A stretch of 39,126 nt of DNA from Thermoplasmata archaeon (GTDB lineage: Archaea > Thermoplasmatota > Thermoplasmata > Thermoplasmatales > ARK-15), in assembly GCA_023261745.1 (NCBI GenBank), contig JAGDXR010000056.1, positions 1-39,126 of the forward strand, given 5' to 3'. Position numbers and translations under genes: made by a program. This document shows, in pieces, positions 9,622-19,187 of the stretch. Position 1 is the stretch's first letter, and every line of letters starts with the position of its first letter. The notes below the pieces were generated by a model. It saw only the letters and a list, made by a program, of their open reading frames with translations, did not search any database and had not been told where the DNA came from.

Positions 9622-10715
9622 ATTTTATATATCACCCCATTGGAAATATAATATTTTTTATTGAAATCTCTATCCAGAATGAGCATATCCGCCATATATC
9701 CAATATCAATTTTACCCCTTTTCAATTTCAGATATTCCCCTGGATTTTCCGTCATCATTCTGAGTACATCAGTGAAAATATCTTTTTCGTTGTTCCAGGT
9801 ATATTTTAAAATATTATACAGTATCTCCGGATCCGCAACACTCATTTTTACAAATCTTCCATTTTCGTCAAATACAGGTTTCGAACCGTTTCCATCGCTG
9901 GACACAGTCACCCTTTTTAGATCAGCATTATTTTTAATGAGAAATTTAATTGATTCTATAGTTCCTGGAACCTCACCTTCAATGTCCCCTGTAAGATCGA
10001 TTCTTCCACCAAGTTTTAAAAATTCTATTGATTCTTTCAGCAGAACTCTGTTTCGGTCCACATGTGTTGGAAGTATCTGATCTGCAGGGATATCCGTATT
10101 TTCTATTACTTCAATCAATGGCCTGAACATATCCTTTCCATTGCCCAAATGTACATTTACATATCCCGGTTTGCCAGATAATATGCCAGCTCTTCGTGCC
10201 TCAGTTATGTAATTGATTAACATTCTTCTATCAGGATATGAACCCCTGTGATCAGAAACCGCAATTTTCAATCCAATTATTTCTTCTATGAGCATTATGT
10301 CTTTTTCAACACTGCCAGTAAGGGTCAATGGAGGTAATTTATACGAACCGGTCAGTAAAAATGCACTGATGTTATTTTTTCTAAGCAATTTTGCGTGTGC
10401 AAGTAAATTCTCGATATTTCTCGTGATTCCATCGGTTCCCAGAACCCCTACCACTGTTGTAATCCCCGATAATCTCAGCTTTTCAGGTGTCACCGGATAG
10501 GTTCTATATTCAAAGCCTCCCTCACCACCTCCTCCTGCGATGTGGTTGTGAATATCTATAATTCCTGGAATGGCTATATGATCTTCAAAATCCATGAAAC
10601 CAGATATTTCACATACGGCTTCCCTGGTAATGGACTCAATTTTATTGGATATAAGGATATCATTGATACCGAGATACTCAGGAGAATAAACATCCAAATT
10701 TTTCAAAACAATCAT
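9618..10715 (-). CDS. iadA: Isoaspartyl dipeptidase (beta-aspartyl peptidase)
   Basis: DIHNHIAGGGGEGG, GITTVVGVLGTDG, TGSY, KIAVSDHRGS, PTH and SSDGNGS are the IadA signature segments. Confidence 0.92.
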   Translation of the reverse strand: MIVLKNLDVYSPEYLGINDILISNKIESITREAVCEISGFMDFEDHIAIPGIIDIHNHIAGGGGEGGFEYRTYPVTPEKLRLSGITTVVGVLGTDGITRNIENLLAHAKLLRKNNISAFLLTGSYKLPPLTLTGSVEKDIMLIEEIIGLKIAVSDHRGSYPDRRMLINYITEARRAGILSGKPGYVNVHLGNGKDMFRPLIEVIENTDIPADQILPTHVDRNRVLLKESIEFLKLGGRIDLTGDIEGEVPGTIESIKFLIKNNADLKRVTVSSDGNGSKPVFDENGRFVKMSVADPEILYNILKYTWNNEKDIFTDVLRMMTENPGEYLKLKRGKIDIGYMADMLILDRDFNKKYYISNGVIYKI

Positions 10716-10814
10716 ATACTATCATATTAAAAATTAAAGTATTTAATTTTTTAAAAAATATTATGCATTATTAAACATAATTAATTTTAAATTCTTGAAA
10801 AATAATATATTTTC

Positions 10815-12671
10815 ATGTTTGGAATGTTTGGAAGGGTTTATTATATAGATTTATCCAGACAGAAAATAGAGGACATAATAATTGAGGAAGAAATTTACAG
10901 AAAATATTTAGGAGGATACGGCCTTGGAGCTTACTTCTTATTAAAAAACCAGAAAAAGGGAATCGACCCCCTTTCAGAAGAAAGTATAATTGGTTTTATT
11001 CCTGGATTTTTAAATGCCACGGGTGTTCCCATGGCAGGAAGATCAATGTCAGTGGGGAAATCTCCTCTTACAGGGGGTTGGAACGATTCCAATGTTGGAG
11101 GTTACATAGGTCCAGAGATCAAGAGAACAGGATATGATGGTATATTCATAATTGGGAAATCGAATGATCCCGTATACATTTATATTTCAAGGGATATTGA
11201 AATTCTGGATGCCTCTGGGTTATGGGGCATGGATGCAGTGAATACCGAAAAAGAACTGGACAGGATTCACGGGGACGGTGAAATATTAACCATAGGACCG
11301 GCAGGAGAAAAGATGAGCTATATTTCCTCGATAATTACGGATAGGGGAAGGGCTCTGGGAAGAGGTGGCCTTGGAGCGATCATGGGAAGCAAAAATCTCA
11401 AAGCCATATATGTGAAGGGGTTTGAGGATGTTAAAATATATGACAGGCAGAAATTGAGGCAGTATATTTCAGCAATGATGGAAAAGATGAATCCAAGGAA
11501 GAACAGGATTGCTGAATACTGGCACAGATATGGAACCACAGGAGGAAATGAAAGGTCTCATTTATCAGGAGATACACCCATAAAGAACTGGAAGGGCATA
11601 GGCATTAAAGATTTCGGCAGAGAAAATGCCAGGAAGATATCTGGAGATGAAGTCATTAAAGATAATATTCAGAGTTATGGATGTGCTCAGTGTCCGGTCG
11701 CGTGCGGCGCCATAATAAAAAGAAATACAAAATATGGGGAGATAGTGGGTCACAGACTGGAATATGAGGGTCTTGGGATGCTGGGAGGCCTATTATTGAA
11801 TTCTGATCTTGATTCCATAGCATATTCATTTGAGATGGCAAACGAATATGGATATGATGTAATCTCACTGGGAGCAGTTGCAGCATTTGCAGTAGAATGT
11901 TTTGAAACAAATATACTGAATGAAAATCAGCTCGGGATAAAAATGGGCTGGGGAAATCCCGATGCAATTGTAGAATTCATAAAAAACATGGCAAAAAATG
12001 AAGGGATTTATAAGATTTTGAACAGAGGTGTGGCCTATGCATCAAAATATCTCAATGTTCCTGAAGATATGTCAGTACATGTTCACGGTCAGGAATTGCC
12101 TGCTCATGATCCAAAGTATTTGCCATCTCTTGGAACCACATATGTTGCTGATCCAACCCCTGGAAGGCACACAGCCGGAGGCATTGGTTTCAGTGAAGGA
12201 AGTGAATATGTTCCATTTTTTGATATAGGTCTTGAGCCTGTAAAAATAGAAAAATACAGTTATAGAGGAAAGGGAAAATACCAGGCAATTTCATCCATAC
12301 AATCCCAAGTGATAAATTCTCTTGGCTTCTGTCTATTTTCAGATTCATTTTCACCTCTACCAGTTGTTGAAGTCTTGAATGCAGTTACGGGATGGGATAC
12401 AACATCTGAAGAATTGATGATAATAGGTGAAAGGATAATGGATGCAAGAAGGATATTCAATTATCGTGAAAAAGTATATCTCTCTGAAAATGAATTACCT
12501 GGGAGAGCTTCAGGGAGACCACCACATGAAGAAGGTCCACTCAAAGGAATCACAATTGACTGGAAAATTATGGTTGAAGAATTTGCAAAGGAAATGAGAT
12601 GGGATTTAAAGACAGGATTGCCGGACAAGGAAAAATTAAGGGAATTAGATCTAATAGAATTTGTCGATTGA
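10815..12671 (+). CDS. aor: Tungsten-containing aldehyde:ferredoxin oxidoreductase family protein
   Basis: KSPLTGG..DSNVGG, TIGPAGE, GRGGLGAIMGSKNLKAI, the 4Fe-4S motif CAQCPVAC, EYE and PAHDP. Confidence 0.92.
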   Translation: MFGMFGRVYYIDLSRQKIEDIIIEEEIYRKYLGGYGLGAYFLLKNQKKGIDPLSEESIIGFIPGFLNATGVPMAGRSMSVGKSPLTGGWNDSNVGGYIGPEIKRTGYDGIFIIGKSNDPVYIYISRDIEILDASGLWGMDAVNTEKELDRIHGDGEILTIGPAGEKMSYISSIITDRGRALGRGGLGAIMGSKNLKAIYVKGFEDVKIYDRQKLRQYISAMMEKMNPRKNRIAEYWHRYGTTGGNERSHLSGDTPIKNWKGIGIKDFGRENARKISGDEVIKDNIQSYGCAQCPVACGAIIKRNTKYGEIVGHRLEYEGLGMLGGLLLNSDLDSIAYSFEMANEYGYDVISLGAVAAFAVECFETNILNENQLGIKMGWGNPDAIVEFIKNMAKNEGIYKILNRGVAYASKYLNVPEDMSVHVHGQELPAHDPKYLPSLGTTYVADPTPGRHTAGGIGFSEGSEYVPFFDIGLEPVKIEKYSYRGKGKYQAISSIQSQVINSLGFCLFSDSFSPLPVVEVLNAVTGWDTTSEELMIIGERIMDARRIFNYREKVYLSENELPGRASGRPPHEEGPLKGITIDWKIMVEEFAKEMRWDLKTGLPDKEKLRELDLIEFVD

Positions 12672-13937
12672 ATTAAAAATAATTTCTTTAATTTTTCCAG
12701 GCCTTAATTTATAAATTTTAAACAACTGCTTTATATCCATTTTATCAGATTCCTTAATTATCTTGCTTACATCCTTATAGGGCAATTTTTCCCTGAGCAA
12801 TGCAAGGATTTCCGGATTATACAGCGCAAAATTCTCCATTCTCTTTTTATTTGGCAAAATTAAATTTAAAAATAATATTAATTTTTTGGTTGATTCAATG
12901 GCTATATCAAGGGCCTGAATAGAAATGTACATTTGCAAAGGAAATGAAAGTGAAAGTTCAAATTCTCCAATGATGGAAGAATCTTCAGAAATCTTTGAAA
13001 TTCCCCTCACGTATGTACACCCCAGTAATATTGATTCAAGTGTTACAGGGTTTTTCTTTCCTGGCATTATGCTGCTCCCCTCAATGTCCATATTTTTCAG
13101 TTCAATTTCATTTATCCCCGTAAAAGGTCCAGAAAACATAAGTCTGAGATCCTGAGATATTCTGATAATATCTGAACAGTAAATTGATATTGAATTCAGA
13201 AGGAAAGTAACATCCGTAACAAACTTCATTTTTTCTCCTGGGTCCTTAAGAAGAGTGAAGTTTTCTCCGAAATAATAATTTAAATTTTTTATCAACTCCT
13301 CTTTAAATTTTTCAGAGGAAAGCATTCCCGTCCCCACAGCAGTACCGCCGGCTGGTATATATTTCAAATCTTCAAATGCATCTTCAATCTTTATTAAATC
13401 ATTTTTAATTTTTTCATGATATGATAAAAATTCCAGCCCCAGAGATACTGGAAGAGCATCCCTCAAGTGTGTTCTTCCACTCTTTATATAATATCTGTAT
13501 TTTATTGAAAATTTTTCCAATTCTTTAACTAATTTTTGAATTTCTTTTAACAATGTCATTCTTTCCATGTAAAGAGTGATTCTAAGAACTGAAGGTATAA
13601 CATCATTTGAAGACTGGGATCTGTTCACATCGTCATTGGGATCAATTTCAGTTCTGAAATAATTTCTTGCATAATCACATATCAAATCATTTATGGCCAT
13701 GTTCAATCCTGTTCCGCTTCCCGTCTGAAACACAACTATTTCTGGGAAATCGGATTTTTCTATTATTTTATCACACGAATTTTCTATAACTTCATCCTTA
13801 TTTTTATCAATTAGATTCAGATTAAAATTGGTCTTTGCGGCAATCTTCTTAAATATAACAAGATTTTTGATAAATCTGATGTCAATAATATTTGAGGTCT
13901 CAAGATAATATTTTTTTGCTCTATTATAATAATTCAT
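12651..13937 (-). CDS. fumC: Class II fumarate hydratase (fumarase/aspartase superfamily)
   Basis: FQTGSGTGLNM, PNDDVNRSQSSND, GRTHLRDA, GGTAVGTG and GSSIMPGKKNP. Aspartase activity is not excluded. Confidence 0.8.
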   Translation of the reverse strand: MNYYNRAKKYYLETSNIIDIRFIKNLVIFKKIAAKTNFNLNLIDKNKDEVIENSCDKIIEKSDFPEIVVFQTGSGTGLNMAINDLICDYARNYFRTEIDPNDDVNRSQSSNDVIPSVLRITLYMERMTLLKEIQKLVKELEKFSIKYRYYIKSGRTHLRDALPVSLGLEFLSYHEKIKNDLIKIEDAFEDLKYIPAGGTAVGTGMLSSEKFKEELIKNLNYYFGENFTLLKDPGEKMKFVTDVTFLLNSISIYCSDIIRISQDLRLMFSGPFTGINEIELKNMDIEGSSIMPGKKNPVTLESILLGCTYVRGISKISEDSSIIGEFELSLSFPLQMYISIQALDIAIESTKKLILFLNLILPNKKRMENFALYNPEILALLREKLPYKDVSKIIKESDKMDIKQLFKIYKLRPGKIKEIIFNSIDKFY

Positions 13938-14041
13938 GATTATACTCTTTTAAAAAATTAAATATAAATTTTTTTGAATTAATCATTTGGAATATTCTTC
14001 TTTTTATTATTTAAAAACCTTTTTTTTACAAATTTATTGAT

Positions 14042-14267
14042 AAGTTGAGGTGTTGGTGAGGCTGTAAATCTCAACATTGACTATTTCTAGGGATTACAAT
14101 GAATCCAAAAATATAAGGAAGATAGAATTAATAAAAGTAGGGCTGATATAGTTTGAATATATGTGAGAGGAGATCGTCACATCAGGTCTGCATGGGATAT
14201 ATACATACAGATAGATGTCGATCTATGGGATAGGAAGTCCCGGTGCTTTAGCTTGGGAGTAGCCCAT
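14042..14267 (+). mobile_element. Non-autonomous, internally deleted IS200/IS605 derivative (left-end hairpin, degenerate tnpB 3' end and omegaRNA-like right end)
   Basis: TTGAT at 14037-14041 precedes a hairpin GTTGAG(14044-49)...CTCAAC(14070-75). The element ends GCTTTAGCTTGGGAGTAGCCCAT, similar to positions 75-96. Boundaries are approximate. Confidence 0.72.
14077..14262 (+). pseudogene. tnpB: tnpB C-terminal remnant
   Basis: Reads LTISRDYNESKNIRKIELIKVGLI*FEYM*EEIVTSGLHGIYTYR*MSIYGIGSPGALAWE*. It contains the RuvC-III RDxNAxxNI-like motif and has three internal stops. Confidence 0.75.
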
Positions 14268-14280
14268 TTAGTATTTTCAC

Positions 14281-14294
14281 GAAAAATTTTTAAA
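14281..14294 (+). promoter_or_regulatory. BRE/TATA promoter of the DUF998-like gene (likely leaderless)
   Basis: GAAAAA-TTTTTAAA ends 22 nt before ATG 14317. Confidence 0.5.
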
Positions 14295-14316
14295 TTATTA
14301 TATTGATTACACACCA

Positions 14317-14922
14317 ATGAAAAAATGGGTTATGGAAATGGGATTTGTGTCTTCTATTTTTTCAATCTCGCTTGTATTTATATCAGCATTAATTTCAAAA
14401 AATTTTTCATGGGAGAATAATTATTTAAGCGATATAGGTGCAAAGCAGTTTGGATTTATTCCATATATTTTTTTTACAATGGGTATGATTACAGGAGGTC
14501 TTTTATTGTCAATTTATTTTATTATTACCATTTATGAATACAAGAAGCACGGGGGTATGGTTTTTTCAGAGTCTTTATTTCTGATATCTTCCATATCCAT
14601 GACCATGATTGCAGTATTTCCTGAAGGGTCTCCTGACAATTTACATTATATATTTTCATTTATATTTTTCTTCATTTTTCCCGTTGGAATGATTTTCACA
14701 GGAATAATCTTTTATAAATATCTCAAAAAATTTTCTCAGGGAACCTTTATGCTTGCATCCCTCGCATTTCTTCTTGACATAACTATTTTAATAAGGGCTG
14801 AAAAAGCTTCATCTGAGATGCTCGTTAGTTTTATAATTTTTATCTGGTTTCTCTTATTCAATTATTTAATGTTCAAAATAACCAATCTGGAGAAGAAAAA
14901 TGAAAATCATGAAAAAAAATAA
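14317..14922 (+). CDS. DUF998-like membrane protein
   Basis: FSWENNYLSDIG motif, VFPE...LH and about 6 TM segments. Confidence 0.8.
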   Translation: MKKWVMEMGFVSSIFSISLVFISALISKNFSWENNYLSDIGAKQFGFIPYIFFTMGMITGGLLLSIYFIITIYEYKKHGGMVFSESLFLISSISMTMIAVFPEGSPDNLHYIFSFIFFFIFPVGMIFTGIIFYKYLKKFSQGTFMLASLAFLLDITILIRAEKASSEMLVSFIIFIWFLLFNYLMFKITNLEKKNENHEKK

Positions 14923-16591
14923 AATTTTATTAATTATTCTTATAATATTCACATTATTTTTACCTTCCTTATATGAAATTCTCTTTAACAAAATTCCGGG
15001 AAATGATCCTTTTGAATATGCCCTTGGAGGCCTATATCTGACAGAAAGACTGAAAAGCATTTATGCATATCCTTATCCATTAATTGATTTAATTTATCTG
15101 CCTTCAAACATTTTAACAACATACCAAACCTATATATTTTCAATATTAATGGAATCCATTTCAATGATTTTCTTATTTTTTTCATCTTTCATTTATTTCA
15201 GAACAAAAAAAGGTTTTAATGAATCGATCATAATATCCTCACTAATAACATATTCACCCTTGTTTTTATCTGAATTTTTATGGGGCGGACAGGCTCAGCT
15301 ATTATCAATTTCCATGTTTTTCTTTTCTCTATACTTTTATGAAAGGAACAATCCTTTATTCATTATTTTTACATCCCTTTCAATTTTTTCTGAACCTTAT
15401 TCTGCAGTTTTTGGGATAATTTTTATATTATTATTAATAATCTATAAAAAACAATATTTTAATTTAATCTTATTGATATTGATATCACTTTTGTCATTTT
15501 CTTATTATCTATTTAACCACAAAGGATTGGTAATCCCTCCTTACATAGAACATATCCTGTTTATCAGCATACCTCCATTATGGTGGTTTTATTTCATATT
15601 CATGATATTACTGATAATATATTTTTACAGGAATCAGAAATATCTAATCTTTGTTTCCATGATTTCATTTTCATCATATTTTTTCCTGACACCTTATTAT
15701 GATTATCCAAGAATTTTTTATTTTCTTGTTATTTCGTTGGGACTGATAATGAATTTTGATATTGACAAGATTATAAAATTTAAAAGAACATTTTTAATAA
15801 TAATCATTTTATTTATAATTATTTTCTATGTAAATTTCTCAATGACCTTACCATCTAAAGAAAATGTTGATAAATATTATGATGCGGGAAATTTTATAAG
15901 AAATAATTCTGAAACAAATCAAAATTTTTTAAATGTCAATATAAATAATGGGTGGGCACTTGAATACTTCTCAGAAAGGGAAATGTATTATGCCTCCTCA
16001 GATCTGAAATTTCTGATATTTCAGGATCAGATAAAAAACAGCCTGATTGGAAAGATAATATCATATTCAGACGTAATGTATACAAATAAAATTAATGATG
16101 GTTATAATTATCTGTTTTTAAACAATAATTCTTTTGAAATATACAGATTTTCTCAATCCTATAACGATTTTTACTGTATTCTGAAATTTAATTATATCAA
16201 TTTCAGTTATTCTGAATACACTAATTACATAAACTTTTCAAACAATGAAAATTACAATTTAATACAGATAATGAATTATTCGAGAACCATTATTGAGCAC
16301 AACAGAATAACAGTTTATGACAGATACAATGAAAATTTTAATTTTACCATATATGGTAAATTTCAATTTTTAAATAAAAATATAATTTTGATAGAGGGTA
16401 AAAATAACATTACATTAAATATGAAAAACAATTACAGAATATATACGGACAATCTATGCATTGAATATAATATCAGATATGCAGTGGTAGAAAATAAAAA
16501 CAGCTTTTATTACAGATTTTTAAATGACAATAATTTCAAATTGGTATATAGTTCAAATAATATTTATATTTTTGAATTCAAAAATCTTTAA
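14900..16591 (+). CDS. Multi-pass membrane protein with an extracellular C-terminal domain, probable GT-C-fold glycosyltransferase-like
   Basis: PGND after TM1, YPYP, FLWGGQAQL, about 10 TM segments, then an Asn-rich soluble domain ending IRYAVV...FKLVYSSNNIYIFE. Confidence 0.6.
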   Translation: MKIMKKNKILLIILIIFTLFLPSLYEILFNKIPGNDPFEYALGGLYLTERLKSIYAYPYPLIDLIYLPSNILTTYQTYIFSILMESISMIFLFFSSFIYFRTKKGFNESIIISSLITYSPLFLSEFLWGGQAQLLSISMFFFSLYFYERNNPLFIIFTSLSIFSEPYSAVFGIIFILLLIIYKKQYFNLILLILISLLSFSYYLFNHKGLVIPPYIEHILFISIPPLWWFYFIFMILLIIYFYRNQKYLIFVSMISFSSYFFLTPYYDYPRIFYFLVISLGLIMNFDIDKIIKFKRTFLIIIILFIIIFYVNFSMTLPSKENVDKYYDAGNFIRNNSETNQNFLNVNINNGWALEYFSEREMYYASSDLKFLIFQDQIKNSLIGKIISYSDVMYTNKINDGYNYLFLNNNSFEIYRFSQSYNDFYCILKFNYINFSYSEYTNYINFSNNENYNLIQIMNYSRTIIEHNRITVYDRYNENFNFTIYGKFQFLNKNIILIEGKNNITLNMKNNYRIYTDNLCIEYNIRYAVVENKNSFYYRFLNDNNFKLVYSSNNIYIFEFKNL

Positions 16592-16617
16592 CTAATTGAA
16601 TTTAGATTATATATAGT

Positions 16618-17091
16618 ATGGATGAGCTAAAAAGATTGTTGGAAATGGCCCTAAGATCTGAAATAGATTCAAGGGATATATACAAAAAATCTGCAGATTC
16701 AACAAAAAATGCACTATTGAAGGAAAAGTTTGAATTTCTTTCAGGTGAAGAGGAAAAGCACAGGAAAATGATTGAAAACATCATAAGGATGAAATACCCG
16801 GATGAGAATATAAACGTTCCCGAATCTACTGAAGTGCCACTTCCGAGGGTTACTGTAACCGAAAAGGATCCAATATCCAAGCTGCTTTCACAGGCCATGG
16901 ATGCAGAAATGGCAGCAAGTAAATTTTACGAAAATTTATCTACAAAATTCGATGATGAAAAATCTTATCTTATGAGGTATTTATCATCTGTAGAAATGTC
17001 ACATTATTATCTTCTTCAGGCTGAGAGAGAAATAATTCTGAGATTTGAAGATTATGATCAGTATTTTGAGATGATGCATGTCGGGCCATAA
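16618..17091 (+). CDS. Ferritin-like/rubrerythrin-family di-iron protein
   Basis: ALRSEIDSRDIY...EEEKH and AMDAEMAASKFY...EMSH, a duplicated E...ExxH pattern. Confidence 0.85.
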   Translation: MDELKRLLEMALRSEIDSRDIYKKSADSTKNALLKEKFEFLSGEEEKHRKMIENIIRMKYPDENINVPESTEVPLPRVTVTEKDPISKLLSQAMDAEMAASKFYENLSTKFDDEKSYLMRYLSSVEMSHYYLLQAEREIILRFEDYDQYFEMMHVGP

Positions 17092-17854
17092 AAATATTCT
17101 CAAAATTATTTTCTCAATTTATATTATACTGTTGCTTTTATATCTTATATTTTTTCTTTCACTGATTTATTCCATTTCAATTTCCGAATTAAATGTAATA
17201 CCCATTGGCACTGTTCATTACAGAATACAGAATGGATTATACATGAATCAGGAGGTTGAGATAATAAACAGGGGGATATATCCAATTAAGGATACATACA
17301 TTACTTACACTGTTTTTAAAAACAATTCATTAATTTCACAGAATAAATTATATTTAAATGAAATAAAGGGATTTGTCATAAAAAATATTTCCATATTCAT
17401 ACCATCAAAAAATGAAAGCATCATTGAAGGTATCATACTGAATGGAAGCAATATTTTATTACATGTACATATAAAGGGATTTTATGCATATTTGATTTCA
17501 TTTGAATTAAACTTTTCAAAATATTTTGTGATACATCCAATATTCCATTATATCATAATGAATTATTCAAGATCATTAAATAATGATACGGTTACAATTT
17601 CACTTCCAGTAAAAGTTTCATTTTATTACAATATAAAAATGAATTCATCCATAATTTCCTCATTGATTTACAAAAATAAAACAATTTCATATTCAAACGT
17701 AACATTTTTCACAAATAATTCAAACATGATCTATTTAAATTACACAATACCATTGAAGTTGATGCAAAACATTACAGATTTTCAGGATATGAATGTGAAT
17801 ATATCCGTAATCATTGGTGGAATTGATATAACGATTCCGAGGGTTGAATTATGA
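17078..17854 (+). CDS. Membrane-anchored hypothetical protein (N-terminal TM, beta-rich exported domain)
   Basis: 258-aa ORF overlapping both neighbours, with several N-x-S/T sequons. Confidence 0.65.
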   Translation: MSGHKNILKIIFSIYIILLLLYLIFFLSLIYSISISELNVIPIGTVHYRIQNGLYMNQEVEIINRGIYPIKDTYITYTVFKNNSLISQNKLYLNEIKGFVIKNISIFIPSKNESIIEGIILNGSNILLHVHIKGFYAYLISFELNFSKYFVIHPIFHYIIMNYSRSLNNDTVTISLPVKVSFYYNIKMNSSIISSLIYKNKTISYSNVTFFTNNSNMIYLNYTIPLKLMQNITDFQDMNVNISVIIGGIDITIPRVEL

Positions 17855-18225
17855 AAGTTACAAGGCCTCTGATATCTCTTTTTATTTATTCAATAATTAT
17901 TCCCTACACGTTCGAATATTTCAGGGAATTGTATGTTATATCATTTTCCCTGAACATTTACATTTTAATTTTTACTGGCATTTTAATTACAATCTTTTCA
18001 TTTTTATACATGAATTTAAATAAGAAAAAATTACTGTTTTACATTTTTTATTCTGCATCTGTGATAATATATTATTTTTACATTTACATGGAATCAAGAA
18101 TTGGAATTCTGGTAAACACTTATTACATCGAGATCGATTATTCCATGATAGTTATGATTTTAATTTTAATAATTATGATAAATATTATAAGAAAGGGGCT
18201 GGAATTGAAATGGATGAACATGTGA
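17851..18225 (+). CDS. Small hypothetical membrane protein (about 4 TM)
   Basis: ATGA overlap with the upstream gene; strongly hydrophobic. Confidence 0.65.
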   Translation: MKVTRPLISLFIYSIIIPYTFEYFRELYVISFSLNIYILIFTGILITIFSFLYMNLNKKKLLFYIFYSASVIIYYFYIYMESRIGILVNTYYIEIDYSMIVMILILIIMINIIRKGLELKWMNM

Positions 18226-19187
18226 TTGAGGTAAAGGATCTCTATGTCAGTTATGATAAAAAAAGGTTTGCTGTTAATGGAATATCATTCAATGTAAATA
18301 AGGGCGAGGTATTTGGATTTCTGGGACCAAACGGTGCCGGAAAGACAACAACCATAAGAACGCTGACATCAGTTATAAAACCAACATCTGGAAGCGTGAA
18401 AATACTATCCATGGACATAATGAAACATTCAATCACCATTAAATCGAAGATAGGTGTCATTCTCCAATCATCCAGTCTGGAATTATCATTGAATGTTGAA
18501 CAGAATCTTTATCTTTATGGATACATGTGGAACAGAAGCAGAAAGGAAATAACCGAAAAGGTTAATGAGCTCATTGAAAAATTCGAACTTGATGAATTCA
18601 GGAAGGTTCAGGTATCTGAATTATCCATAGGAAACAGGAGAAAACTCCAGATAGCAAGGGAACTGATACATGACTTTGAGATTCTCTTTGTGGATGAACC
18701 AACGACAGGATTGGATCCCGTGATAAGAAAAAAGGTTCTTGATTATTTTCTGGAATTAAAAAGAAATGGTAAAACCATATTTTTCACAACCCATCAACTT
18801 GAAGATGCCGATTACCTGTGCGATACAGTCGCAATAATAAATAAAGGAAAGATTGTTATAAATGAGAAAAAGGATCTATTAAAGACCAGATATAAAAACA
18901 GGAGGAAGGTTGAGATCCTGTTTAATAAATACAACGAACGTCTATTTGATTATTTAAAGGGAATAGATTTTATTGAGAGCATAAAGAGTCCGGAAAATGA
19001 GAATTCATTTTACGAATTGATCATAAACGATCCATCAAAGTTCATGGATTTAATCAACTCCCTTCTCAGGGAAGGAAATGAACTCCTTTGGTTAAACATC
19101 CAAGAGGCAAGCCTTGAAGATATTTATATGGACATTTTCGGTGATAGATATGATAAAGATAATAAGAATGTCTTACAGGATAATTAG
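18210..19187 (+). CDS. ABC-2/DrrA-type exporter ATP-binding subunit
   Basis: GPNGAGKTT, signature variant LSIGN, DEPTTGLD and TTH. Confidence 0.92.
   Translation: MDEHVIEVKDLYVSYDKKRFAVNGISFNVNKGEVFGFLGPNGAGKTTTIRTLTSVIKPTSGSVKILSMDIMKHSITIKSKIGVILQSSSLELSLNVEQNLYLYGYMWNRSRKEITEKVNELIEKFELDEFRKVQVSELSIGNRRKLQIARELIHDFEILFVDEPTTGLDPVIRKKVLDYFLELKRNGKTIFFTTHQLEDADYLCDTVAIINKGKIVINEKKDLLKTRYKNRRKVEILFNKYNERLFDYLKGIDFIESIKSPENENSFYELIINDPSKFMDLINSLLREGNELLWLNIQEASLEDIYMDIFGDRYDKDNKNVLQDN

Noticed and set aside
10729-10751. Inverted repeat AAAAATTAAA-GTA-TTTAATTTTT between divergent iadA and aor
   Set aside because: The arms are pure A/T in a very AT-rich spacer. It could be an operator but cannot be distinguished from chance.
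16618-17091. Ferritin-like protein as encapsulin cargo
   Set aside because: No encapsulin gene or recognisable targeting peptide in the window.
14900-18225. Noticeably AT-richer stretch as a foreign island
   Set aside because: Explained by Phe/Ile/Asn/Tyr-rich membrane proteins; there is no integrase or att-like repeat.
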